The notes: generated by a model from the letters alone, not told the origin. A stretch of 34,406 nt of DNA from Candidatus Shapirobacteria bacterium (GCA_027021145.1 JALUUX010000073.1:1-34406); one strand, 5' to 3'. Positions 1-7,480 are shown, counted from the first letter of the stretch. Program-made: numbers and translations.

Positions 1-1482
1 AAAACGGGTAGAGATGAGTGGGGAGCGAAGCTCCCTTTAATTTTCCGGGCCTATGGTGATTTCAAACTACCTTTATACATTTATCTAACTGCTGTTTCGG
101 TTAGGCTTTTCGGCCTTAACCCACTAGCGGTTCGGTTGATTTCAATTCTTTCCGGCATTGGCATCACCATCATTGCTTATCTTTTAGGAAAAAGGTTGAC
201 TAAAAACGAGGCAGTTGGTTTAGTGGCCGCTCTTTTAACTGCTGTTTCCCCTTGGAGTCTATTTGTTTCCCGAATTGCTGTCGAAGCCAATTTAGCCGCT
301 TTTCTCTTTGCTCTTGGCTTTTGGTTCCTTTTGACGGATAGACTCTTTTTTTCTCTAGTTTTTTGGGGCTTAAGTCTTCATAGTTATAACTCGGCTAGGG
401 TGTTGGTACCAATAATGATCTTAATTATTCTTGGGCGATTGATTAAATCGAGACAATTTGGTCGGTTAGCAATGACACTGGTGATTTTTTCAATTTTTGT
501 CCTGCCAATAGCGAAACAAGTTCTTGACCGCTCTGGGGGAGCAAGGTTTTTTTGGGTTACTCCTCTTGATCAGGGAGCAATTAATCGGATTATTGAGAAA
601 AGACTTTCTTCTTCCTTGCCGCCGCTCCTGACTCGTCTGATTTATAATCGACCACTCTATTTCGTTGGCTATTCTCTTAAAAATTATCTGGCCCACTTTT
701 CTCCCAGTTTTCTTTTCTTTAAAGGAGGGAGTCATTATCAGTTTTCTTTCCCAGAGCACGGAATTTTATATTTGATCACTGCCCCATTCTTAATTATTGG
801 CCTGTTTCGGCTGGTCAAACAAAGAAATTGGTTGCCTCTAATTTGGTTTTTTGCCGCCTTTATTCCTTCGGCCATTACCCGTGATTCTCCTCATGTTTTG
901 CGCAGTCTTTTGGTGTTGCCATTACCAATGGTATTTACTTCTCTTGGTCTTTGGTGGGCCCAAAGTTGGCTCAAAGAGAAATCTTGGTTCGGAGGAAATC
1001 TGCTTTTGGCCACTTTTGTTATTGGCGTTTTGATTCATTTTAGCCTTTGGTGGCGGGACTATTGGCGCATTTATCGTCCGGCCTATTCTTGGGCCTGGCA
1101 GTATGGTTACAGAGAGGCGGTTGATTATGTTAGAGAGCACTATAGCCAGTATGACAAGATCGTTTTCACTAAAAAATATGGTGAGCCCCATGAATTTATT
1201 CTTTTTTACTGGCCCTGGGAACCAAGTTATTATCAGCAAGATCCCAAGAAAATTTGGGACTATCATGCTCATTGGTATTGGGTTGATGCTTTTGATAAAT
1301 TTGAGTTTTGGAATGATTGGGAAGTAAAATCCAAAATTCAAAATGCAAAAACCAAAATGACAGATCAAAATGCAAAAATTTTGTTAATTACTTCGCCGGG
1401 GAATTGGGTAAAAGGGGGAAAGTTGTTAGAAACGATAAACTTTTTGGACGGGACGCCGGCGTTTGAGATAATAGAATACTGA
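1..1482 (+). CDS. GT-C fold membrane glycosyltransferase, PMT/ArnT-like (GT39/GT83 type), paralog A; the 5' end lies upstream of the window
   Basis: Frame 1 is open from nt 1 (KTGRDEWGAKLPLIFRAYGDFKLPLYIYL...), so the TTG at 136 in the ORF track is not the true start. This stretch aligns with KTGRDEYGQLLPFIFKSFGDYKPGLYVYL (1612..3381) and QTGKDEHGNSWPLHFKSFGDYKPGGYFYL (3405..5060). The N-half is multi-pass hydrophobic and the C-half is aromatic-rich and soluble (FTKKYGEPHEFILFYW). Confidence 0.8.
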   Translation, partial: KTGRDEWGAKLPLIFRAYGDFKLPLYIYLTAVSVRLFGLNPLAVRLISILSGIGITIIAYLLGKRLTKNEAVGLVAALLTAVSPWSLFVSRIAVEANLAAFLFALGFWFLLTDRLFFSLVFWGLSLHSYNSARVLVPIMILIILGRLIKSRQFGRLAMTLVIFSIFVLPIAKQVLDRSGGARFFWVTPLDQGAINRIIEKRLSSSLPPLLTRLIYNRPLYFVGYSLKNYLAHFSPSFLFFKGGSHYQFSFPEHGILYLITAPFLIIGLFRLVKQRNWLPLIWFFAAFIPSAITRDSPHVLRSLLVLPLPMVFTSLGLWWAQSWLKEKSWFGGNLLLATFVIGVLIHFSLWWRDYWRIYRPAYSWAWQYGYREAVDYVREHYSQYDKIVFTKKYGEPHEFILFYWPWEPSYYQQDPKKIWDYHAHWYWVDAFDKFEFWNDWEVKSKIQNAKTKMTDQNAKILLITSPGNWVKGGKLLETINFLDGTPAFEIIEY

Positions 1483-1493
1483 AAGGGAATCGG

Positions 1494-1602
1494 AATATCA
1501 GTTTATCAGGAAAAGAGACCAGCTAGTTAGGATATCAGAGAGAAGATAACTGGTACCCTGATCCCTGATATCCTTTTCCCGATACCCTGATTAACTGATA
1601 AT
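1494..1602. repeat. compound inverted repeat (nested hairpins) built from TTATCAG/CTGATAA motifs in the spacer between GT-C paralogs A and B
   Basis: The outer arms AATATCAGTTTATCAGG (1494..1510) and CCTGATTAACTGATAAT (1586..1602) pair at 15 of 17 positions by hand. The inner arms GGATATCAG (1530..1538) and CTGATATCC (1565..1573) form a perfect 9-bp stem. Confidence 0.85.
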
Positions 1603-1611
1603 CTATTTCAA

Positions 1612-3381
1612 ATGAGAAAAGAAAGAATTATTTTGATAACTATTTTCCTCTTTGGTTTTCTAGTGAGAATTTGGCTGGTAGGAAGATATCCGCCCTTGCT
1701 TTGGGATGAGGCGGCTTTGGGTTATAATGCTTACTCGATTCTAAAGACCGGGCGGGATGAATATGGTCAGCTACTTCCCTTTATTTTTAAATCATTTGGT
1801 GATTATAAGCCTGGTCTTTATGTTTACTTAACCCTACCTTTTGTGGTCCTTTTGGGTCTTAATGAGCTGGCAATTCGTTTGCCATCAGTAATTCTTGGTT
1901 CTCTGACATCCGTTTTTCTCTATCTGTTGGTCAAAGAGATTTTTGAAGATACAAAAATTGCTTTTTGGTCAGCCTTAACTTTAACTTTTTTGCCCTGGTC
2001 GATCCATTTTTCTCGCGGCGCTTGGGAAGCAAATGTAATGACGGCCCTTTTAACTTTAGGAAGTTATTTGCTGGTTAGAAGTAGAAAGTTAAAGTTTAAG
2101 TTAGAGGAAGTTAAAGTAAAAAATTTGAGTAATAAGTTTTTGTTTTTAAGTCTTGGTTGTTTTTTCTTGGCATTATTAACCTACCAAGGGGCAAAGATGC
2201 TGGTGCCGTTGATCTTGATCGGGCTTTTCCTCTTTTTTAAACAATTTAATTTCCAATTTCTAATTTCAGCGAGCGCTAGCGAGCGAATTTCTATTATTTT
2301 GCTTGGAATTTTGATTGTTGCTTGGTATCTTTTTTCTTTTTCTGGTCCGGCAAAGAATCGGCTCAAAGTTATGAGCTTGCTTTCTTATCGTCGACCAGAG
2401 TCCGAAATAAAAACAATTCTTGATGAAGACAGATTGTCAGAGAAGAATTGGCATTTTTATCTGTTTCACCACGAGGGGCTTTATTTTCTCCGCGGTTTTT
2501 TAACTCGCTATTTTAACCATCTCTCTCCTCGATTTCTAGCTTTTGATGGCGATTGGAACAATCCTCGTCATAGTGCGCCATATTTTGGCATGGTTGGTCA
2601 CGTTAATCTTATTTTGTTGTTAATCGGACTAGCCCGTTTTCTTTCTCAAAGGCACAAATTTTCAGAATATTTTTTCCTCTATTGGTTAGTCATTGCTCCA
2701 TTACCAGCAGCGCTTTCCCGAGACATTGTTTCTGGAGTAAGAAGCTTGCCCATGGTAATTCCCTTAAGCTTTTTTATTGGTTATGGAATAGAGAGAATTT
2801 TGAAGTTAAAGTTAGAGTTTAAGTTTAAAGAAGTAAGAAGTAAAAAGTTTAAATTAAGATTATTGATATTAAAGTATGCCCAATTCATTGTTCGCTATTC
2901 AAAATACACAATACTAATATTCTTGATTCTCGATTTCATTTATTGGGCTGACCTTTATTTTGTTCATATGGTTAAACGAAAACCAAAAGATTGGCTTTAT
3001 GGATACAAAGATGCCATAAAATTTGTTCAAGAATACAAAAGTAGAACAGATAAAGTTGTTTTCACTGATTTTTACGGCCAACCCTATATCTATTATCTTT
3101 TTTACTCCCAATATTCGCCTCAAGAATATCAAAGGCAGGCAAGATTAATCGAGAATCAATTTGGTGATGTTGGTCGGGTAGAGAAGATCAATAATATTTT
3201 CTTTGGACCGGTGGACCGAGCTAAAGCCGAAAGTTGCCGCCACTGTTTAGTGATTTTTTCTCAAGACGAAATTTTACGTTCTGGGATCGACAAAGATCCA
3301 CAATTCTTTGCTCAATTAAAGCCGTTAGGAGAGATTAATAATAATCAAGTGATGTTTTATGGATTAAAGATTTTAGATTAG
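1612..3381 (+). CDS. GT-C fold membrane glycosyltransferase, PMT/ArnT-like, paralog B
   Basis: 589-aa ORF with many hydrophobic helices. The first-loop acidic motif PPLLWDEAALGYNAYS and the FKSFGDYKPGLYVY and HFSRGAWEAN motifs are shared with the neighbouring paralogs. The C-terminal domain is soluble (VVFTDFYGQPYIYYLFY). GATAAT at 1597..1602 lies 9 nt before the ATG. Confidence 0.85.
   Translation: MRKERIILITIFLFGFLVRIWLVGRYPPLLWDEAALGYNAYSILKTGRDEYGQLLPFIFKSFGDYKPGLYVYLTLPFVVLLGLNELAIRLPSVILGSLTSVFLYLLVKEIFEDTKIAFWSALTLTFLPWSIHFSRGAWEANVMTALLTLGSYLLVRSRKLKFKLEEVKVKNLSNKFLFLSLGCFFLALLTYQGAKMLVPLILIGLFLFFKQFNFQFLISASASERISIILLGILIVAWYLFSFSGPAKNRLKVMSLLSYRRPESEIKTILDEDRLSEKNWHFYLFHHEGLYFLRGFLTRYFNHLSPRFLAFDGDWNNPRHSAPYFGMVGHVNLILLLIGLARFLSQRHKFSEYFFLYWLVIAPLPAALSRDIVSGVRSLPMVIPLSFFIGYGIERILKLKLEFKFKEVRSKKFKLRLLILKYAQFIVRYSKYTILIFLILDFIYWADLYFVHMVKRKPKDWLYGYKDAIKFVQEYKSRTDKVVFTDFYGQPYIYYLFYSQYSPQEYQRQARLIENQFGDVGRVEKINNIFFGPVDRAKAESCRHCLVIFSQDEILRSGIDKDPQFFAQLKPLGEINNNQVMFYGLKILD
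2077..2136 (+). repeat. in-frame AAGTT(A/T)AAG-type low-complexity segment inside paralog B (encodes RSRKLKFKLEEVKVKNLSNK)
   Basis: The DNA reads agaagtagaaagttaaagtttaagttagaggaagttaaagtaaaaaat... Paralog A has only TDRL at this loop. The 12-mer gaagtagaaagt recurs at 4638..4649. Confidence 0.8.
2800..2916 (+). repeat. in-frame 117-nt K/L/F-rich repeat element inside paralog B (LKLKLEFKFKEVRSKKFKLRLLILKYAQFIVRYSKYTIL)
   Basis: It is absent from the equivalent position of paralog A. It is about 80% identical at nucleotide level to 4602..4724 (94 of 117 aligned nt by hand count), which is higher than the flanking conserved coding sequence. Confidence 0.85.
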
Positions 3382-3404
3382 ATAAGAATAGATAGGAAAT
3401 AGAT

Positions 3405-5060
3405 ATGCGCTCACTTCGTTCGCTGATAAGAGTTGTTGACCACGATACTTATCAATCCCTATCAACTCCTATCGTGCGGAGCACACTTATCTTTATTCTA
3501 CTTTTGGCCGCTTTTCTCCGTCTTTATCGGCTAGGTGGTTATCCGCCGCTGAATGTTGATGAGGCGGCTATTGGTTATAATGCCTGGTCGTTGATCCAGA
3601 CCGGTAAAGATGAACACGGCAATTCTTGGCCTCTTCATTTTAAATCTTTCGGAGACTATAAGCCAGGTGGCTATTTTTATCTTGTTCTGCCCTTAGTTAA
3701 ATTCTTGGATCTCAATGAGTGGGCAATTAGATTGCCATCGGCTTTAATGGGAGTGGCGACAGTTTATTTAGTCTATCTTTTAGCCAAAATGCTTTGGCAA
3801 GATGAGGTTCTCGGTCTGATTTGGGCTTTTATTTTGTCGGTCTCTCCCTGGCATATTCATTTTTCCCGAGGAGGATGGGAAAGCAATGCCGCTTTGTTTT
3901 TTACGCTTTTGGCAACTTACCACTTTTTTAGAGCAGAAAAAGAAGAGACTAGGGCGATCACTATTCACTATTCACTATTCACTATTCACTCTCTTTTGGC
4001 GATGTATACTTATCACAGTGCTCGATTAGTGGTTCCTGCCTTGGTATTAGGATTAGCAGCTTTTAACCGAAATTTTCTTTGGAAGAGAAGAAAAGAGTTA
4101 GTTGCTCCCGTCTTCATCAGCTTCTTGCTAGTAATTCCTTTAGCAATTTCGTTTTTGAAAGGTGGTGCCTCAGCCAGATTTTCTGGGGTCGGTCTTTTGG
4201 CTGATCCTGGACCGCTTTGGCGAGTAAACGAGTTAATTGGTCAGCACCAAAAACCAGCCTTAGCCCGATTAATTCATAATAAACCAATCATTTATAGTAT
4301 TGCCTTCTTTCAAAAATACCTTTCCCATTTTAACGGCCGGTTTTTGTTTGTTGATGGTGATGAAGTCCCTCGAAGCAAAGTCCCAGAAATGGGAACAATG
4401 TATCTTTTTGAATTTTGGTTTCTGGCTTTAGGTTTCTGGTTTTGGTTGAAGAAGAAAATAGATCATAAATATTTGCCCATCCTATGGTTGTTGGTAGCAC
4501 CGTTGGCTTCGGCAATGACTTTTCAGGCGCCCAGCGCCTTAAGAGCCCTGCCAATGGTTATTCCTCTGACTTTTTTTGTTGCTCAGGGAATTAAACAAAT
4601 CTTGAAGTTTAAGTTTAAGTTAAAGTTAAAATTTAAAGAAGTAGAAAGTGAAAAGTTGAAGTTAAAATTATTGGCATTGAAATATACTCAATTCATTATT
4701 CAGTATTCAAAATACGGCATACTAGCTCTCTACCTATGGGGAATTGCCTACTGGTGGAACCAGTACTTTGTTCATTATTTGAAACGCTATCCTTCGGCTT
4801 GGCCTGATTTTAGACCAGTAGCCCAGTGGCTTAAAACAAATGGGGATCAATATCAAAAGATATGTATTCAGGGAAAATATGATCAACCCTATATTTTGAC
4901 CCTTTTTTATTTAAGATATCCACCAGAAAAAATTCAAAGAGAGATCAAATTAACCTCGCCGGATAAATTCGGTTTTTCAACCGTAAAGCATTTTGGCAAG
5001 TATTGGTTTAGCGACTGCGAGCAAGATATGTTTGTATTGGGTATTGAGAATGATGAATGA
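3405..5060 (+). CDS. GT-C fold membrane glycosyltransferase, PMT/ArnT-like, paralog C
   Basis: 551-aa ORF carrying PPLNVDEAAIGYNAWS, FKSFGDYKPGGYFY and HFSRGGWESN motifs. It is a multi-pass membrane protein with a soluble C-terminal domain (GKYDQPYILTLFYLRY). Confidence 0.85.
   Translation: MRSLRSLIRVVDHDTYQSLSTPIVRSTLIFILLLAAFLRLYRLGGYPPLNVDEAAIGYNAWSLIQTGKDEHGNSWPLHFKSFGDYKPGGYFYLVLPLVKFLDLNEWAIRLPSALMGVATVYLVYLLAKMLWQDEVLGLIWAFILSVSPWHIHFSRGGWESNAALFFTLLATYHFFRAEKEETRAITIHYSLFTIHSLLAMYTYHSARLVVPALVLGLAAFNRNFLWKRRKELVAPVFISFLLVIPLAISFLKGGASARFSGVGLLADPGPLWRVNELIGQHQKPALARLIHNKPIIYSIAFFQKYLSHFNGRFLFVDGDEVPRSKVPEMGTMYLFEFWFLALGFWFWLKKKIDHKYLPILWLLVAPLASAMTFQAPSALRALPMVIPLTFFVAQGIKQILKFKFKLKLKFKEVESEKLKLKLLALKYTQFIIQYSKYGILALYLWGIAYWWNQYFVHYLKRYPSAWPDFRPVAQWLKTNGDQYQKICIQGKYDQPYILTLFYLRYPPEKIQREIKLTSPDKFGFSTVKHFGKYWFSDCEQDMFVLGIENDE
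3958..3990 (+). repeat. heptanucleotide tandem repeat (CTATTCA) x4 plus partial units, inside the coding sequence of paralog C
   Basis: Four perfect units span 3961..3988, flanked by partial units tca and ct. The tract encodes ITIHYSLFTIHS. Confidence 0.95.
4602..4724 (+). repeat. in-frame 123-nt K/L/F-rich repeat element inside paralog C (LKFKFKLKLKFKEVESEKLKLKLLALKYTQFIIQYSKYGIL)
   Basis: This is the homologous copy of 2800..2916, with one 6-nt indel. Confidence 0.85.
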
Positions 5061-5112
5061 ACAAAATAGCTTATCGGATTATCGGGGTATCGGGGAAAGG
5101 GTGTCAGAGATA

Positions 5113-5544
5113 AGATTATCAGTTAATTTATTTCTTTAATGCAATCGGTACTTAGGCCTGGTTTTGAGAAACTGAGAATTTGGCAAAAAGCTTATGATTT
5201 GATGTTAAAAGTTCATAAACTTTGTAAGTCTTTGCCGCGGGAGGAAAAATTTAGAATAAGAGATCAGGTCGAACGGTCCTCGGCGGCAGTGGTAGACAAC
5301 ATCGCCGAGGGATATGGGGCTTTCTATTTTAAAAACAAAATTAAGTGTTTTTATACTTCAAGGAGGGAGGCGGTTGAAACCCAGAATCATTTGCGAAAAA
5401 TGAATGGTAAGGGATATATTTCGAGATCTGTGGCAGACAGTTTGATTTTAGATTACGAAGGATTGATTAGGGGTATTAACGGAATGATTAATTATATTAA
5501 GGAAAAATCGAGCAGAAGGGGAAAGGGTTAAATTCTGATAATCT
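5113..5544 (+). mobile_element. inverted-repeat-bounded four-helix-bundle gene cassette (candidate selfish or IVS-like module)
   Basis: A perfect 10-bp inverted repeat, AGATTATCAG (5113..5122) and CTGATAATCT (5535..5544), brackets the 5139..5531 ORF. It sits 16 nt before the ATG and 3 nt after the stop. Upstream there are three TATCGG units (5072..5094). Downstream TCTGATAA occurs twice. Confidence 0.45.
5139..5531 (+). CDS. four-helix-bundle protein (TIGR02436 / PF05635, 23S rRNA intervening-sequence protein family; same fold family as DGR Avd)
   Basis: 130 aa with the family signature IRDQVERSSAAVVDNIAEGYGAFY...SRREAVETQNHL. Size and helical pattern are typical of the family. Confidence 0.85.
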   Translation: MQSVLRPGFEKLRIWQKAYDLMLKVHKLCKSLPREEKFRIRDQVERSSAAVVDNIAEGYGAFYFKNKIKCFYTSRREAVETQNHLRKMNGKGYISRSVADSLILDYEGLIRGINGMINYIKEKSSRRGKG

Positions 5545-5560
5545 GATAAACTTATATAAA

Positions 5561-6409
5561 GTGAAGCAAAAGAAAACGAAGGCAGCTATCTCGGTCGCTA
5601 TTGCTACTTGCAACGAAGAGGCCAATATCGCTCGGTGTTTGCAGTCAGTTAAAGACTGGGTTGATGAAATCGTAGTTGTTGATGGCTCTTCAACTGACAA
5701 AACGCGCGAAATTGCTAAAAAATTTGGAGCCAGAGTTTATAAAACAACTAATAAACCTATTTTTCATATTAATAAACAAATGGCAATTGACAAATGTCGA
5801 GGAGAGTGGATATTACAACTCGACGCCGACGAGGTTGTTTCCAAAGAGTTAAAAAAAGAAATTCTGGCAATTATTGATGAAGGACACACCGGGTGTGTCC
5901 GAAGGGACACACCCGGTGTGAAGAGGGCAGTTGCCTATTGGATCCCGAGAAAGAATTTCTTTTTGGGTCGGTGGTTGAGAAAGACTGGTCAGCATCCGGA
6001 TCCAGTGATAAGGTTGTTTAAGAGGGGGAAAGCAAAACTTCCCTGTAGGTCTGTACACGAGCAAATGGAGGTGGATGGAAAAGTTGGCTGGCTTAATGGA
6101 CATCTACTTCACTATCCATATCCTAGTTTTTCTGAGTATCTTAAAAAGTCAAATCGGTATACTACTTTGACAGCTCAGGAGATGATAGATAGGGGAGAAA
6201 AACCTGGATTAATTTCTTTCTTAAAAGCCTATTTTCGGTTTGAGAAAACCTTCTGGCTGCTTTTCTTAAGACATAAAGGATTCTTAGACGGTTTTCCGGG
6301 TTTTGTCTTCTCAGTCTATTCAGCTCTTCATCACATTACTGCCTATGTTAAATTTTGGGAATTGTATCATCGGAAAAGAAAGATAGATTTGAAGAAAGAC
6401 TGGGAATAA
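5561..6409 (+). CDS. family 2 glycosyltransferase (GT-A fold)
   Basis: GTG start. ISVAIATCNEE...IVVVDGSSTD is the nucleotide-sugar binding region and LQLDADE is the DxD motif. The C-terminal FLDGFPGFVFSVYSA amphipathic tail is common in WaaE/KdtX-like GT2 enzymes. Confidence 0.85.
   Translation: MKQKKTKAAISVAIATCNEEANIARCLQSVKDWVDEIVVVDGSSTDKTREIAKKFGARVYKTTNKPIFHINKQMAIDKCRGEWILQLDADEVVSKELKKEILAIIDEGHTGCVRRDTPGVKRAVAYWIPRKNFFLGRWLRKTGQHPDPVIRLFKRGKAKLPCRSVHEQMEVDGKVGWLNGHLLHYPYPSFSEYLKKSNRYTTLTAQEMIDRGEKPGLISFLKAYFRFEKTFWLLFLRHKGFLDGFPGFVFSVYSALHHITAYVKFWELYHRKRKIDLKKDWE
5882..5920. repeat. two adjacent GC-rich palindromes lying in-frame inside the GT2 gene
   Basis: GGACACACCGGGTGTGTCC (5882..5900) is a 9-bp-arm palindrome. 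GGACACACCCGGTGTG (5905..5920) contains the palindrome CACACCCGGTGTG. The two 16-mers differ only at the central base. Together they encode GHTGCVRRDTPGV. Confidence 0.95.
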
Positions 6410-6445
6410 CCGTAATTTTTTGGCTATTTTTAGGTCATAAAGGGA

Positions 6446-7480
6446 ATGAGAAAAAGAAGAATTAAAGATAAGGCTATAGATACCGTCTCTTCTTTTATTG
6501 GTGGAGAAGACATGAGGGGGAAGGAAGCGAAGGTGTTAGAGGATATTGCTGAGCGGACAGGATTTATTCCTGAAAATGTTATCTGGCGATCTGATTATTT
6601 CGGCTCTGGAAAGCTAGGGGCTGTTCATTATCGCGGATTTTACAAAGGCAAGAAGGTAGTATTGAAGATTCAGGGAGTTAAACCCAGCATCTCCGAGATA
6701 TTTATGATTGAAAGCTTTGCGCGTCAGAACCAGTCCAAAATTATTAGGCCCCCGCGGCTTTTTTATACCATGCCATGGGATACTCAAAGGGGATACGAGG
6801 CCTTAATTATGGAATATGTTTCTGGACCTAAGATTGTTGAGAGTGGCCGGTTACAGACAGAAAAAGATGTAGTTAGTTTTTTCAGGCTTTATCTTGAGTA
6901 TAGGGAAAATTGTCGAAGAAGGCCCTGGTTACCTCGTCCGAAATCGAAACTCTCTTCTAAAGAGGCCTTAGACAGGTTGTTGGCGGTGGCTCAAAAAGTT
7001 AAGCCCAAAAGTCCTTATAGGAGGCTGGAGGATGTAGATTTGGCAAAGGAAGGAGCGGTTATTTTGGATAGGATATGGTCTGGGATTGAGTGGGAGTTTG
7101 TTCATGGCCATTTTTCTGCGGAGGATTTAATTAGAGCCAATGGCGATGTGGTATTGTTTTCTAATCTTTTTTGGAAATGGAAGCATCCTTATTATGACGC
7201 TGTCTTTGCCTATCATTGGTTTATTTATTCTCTGGCTGGTGTAAGAGGCATTACCCCTGAACAGATAGAGAAACAACGTCGGTTGTGGTTGGAAGAGATT
7301 TTTCGTCTCCCCTCACTTAATCACCACTTGTTAAAAGCCGCTCTTTTGGAAAGAGCCATTGCCGGTCTTTTGGTTGACAGCATGGCGTACATCGATGAAG
7401 AAAATCCCGTGGCAGGTTATATGGTTGAGTCGACCAGGAAACAGGTAAGACTCTTAATTAGGGAATTGAAACAGGAATGA
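6446..7480 (+). CDS. protein-kinase-like fold protein (APH/choline-kinase-like), possibly catalytically degenerate
   Basis: KKVVLKIQG resembles the beta3 lysine region. FVHGHFSAEDLI sits where APH-type enzymes have HGDxxxxN. An alternative start at ATG 6512 has a better Shine-Dalgarno (GGAG 5 nt upstream). The stop overlaps the next start (ATGA). Confidence 0.5.
   Translation: MRKRRIKDKAIDTVSSFIGGEDMRGKEAKVLEDIAERTGFIPENVIWRSDYFGSGKLGAVHYRGFYKGKKVVLKIQGVKPSISEIFMIESFARQNQSKIIRPPRLFYTMPWDTQRGYEALIMEYVSGPKIVESGRLQTEKDVVSFFRLYLEYRENCRRRPWLPRPKSKLSSKEALDRLLAVAQKVKPKSPYRRLEDVDLAKEGAVILDRIWSGIEWEFVHGHFSAEDLIRANGDVVLFSNLFWKWKHPYYDAVFAYHWFIYSLAGVRGITPEQIEKQRRLWLEEIFRLPSLNHHLLKAALLERAIAGLLVDSMAYIDEENPVAGYMVESTRKQVRLLIRELKQE

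Noticed and set aside
490-1368. Nested or antisense ORFs from the six-frame track: 490..759, 851..1033, 922..1368, 1103..1327. The same applies to 2181..2366, 2914..3132, 3780..3968, 4330..4554, 5497..5700, 5849..6103, 9624..9812, 11076..11315, 12290..12589, 13111..13377, 15817..16050, 16378..16560, 16751..16948, 17155..17376, 17650..17850, 18091..18273, 21139..21360, 27520..27705, 29363..29560, 31903..32133, 33665..33880, 33699..33920, 34161..34370 and 34189..34383.
   Set aside because: Almost all lie inside longer ORFs with clear family motifs on the same or opposite strand; the few that extend into a spacer (5497..5700, 13111..13377, 17155..17376, 34161..34370, 34189..34383) still mostly overlap a supported CDS. 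Their sequences are low-complexity or unremarkable, and they lack start-site signals.
2255-2267. The 13-mer AATTTCTAATTTC is shared between the GT-C paralog B coding sequence and the right inverted-repeat arm at 20899..20911.
   Set aside because: A 13-nt match in a 34-kb AT-rich, repeat-prone sequence is expected by chance, and the flanks do not extend the similarity.
5139-5531. Presence of '23S rRNA intervening sequence protein' genes as evidence of an rRNA operon.
   Set aside because: The flanking sequence encodes glycosyltransferase and transporter genes and nothing resembles rRNA. The family name is historical.
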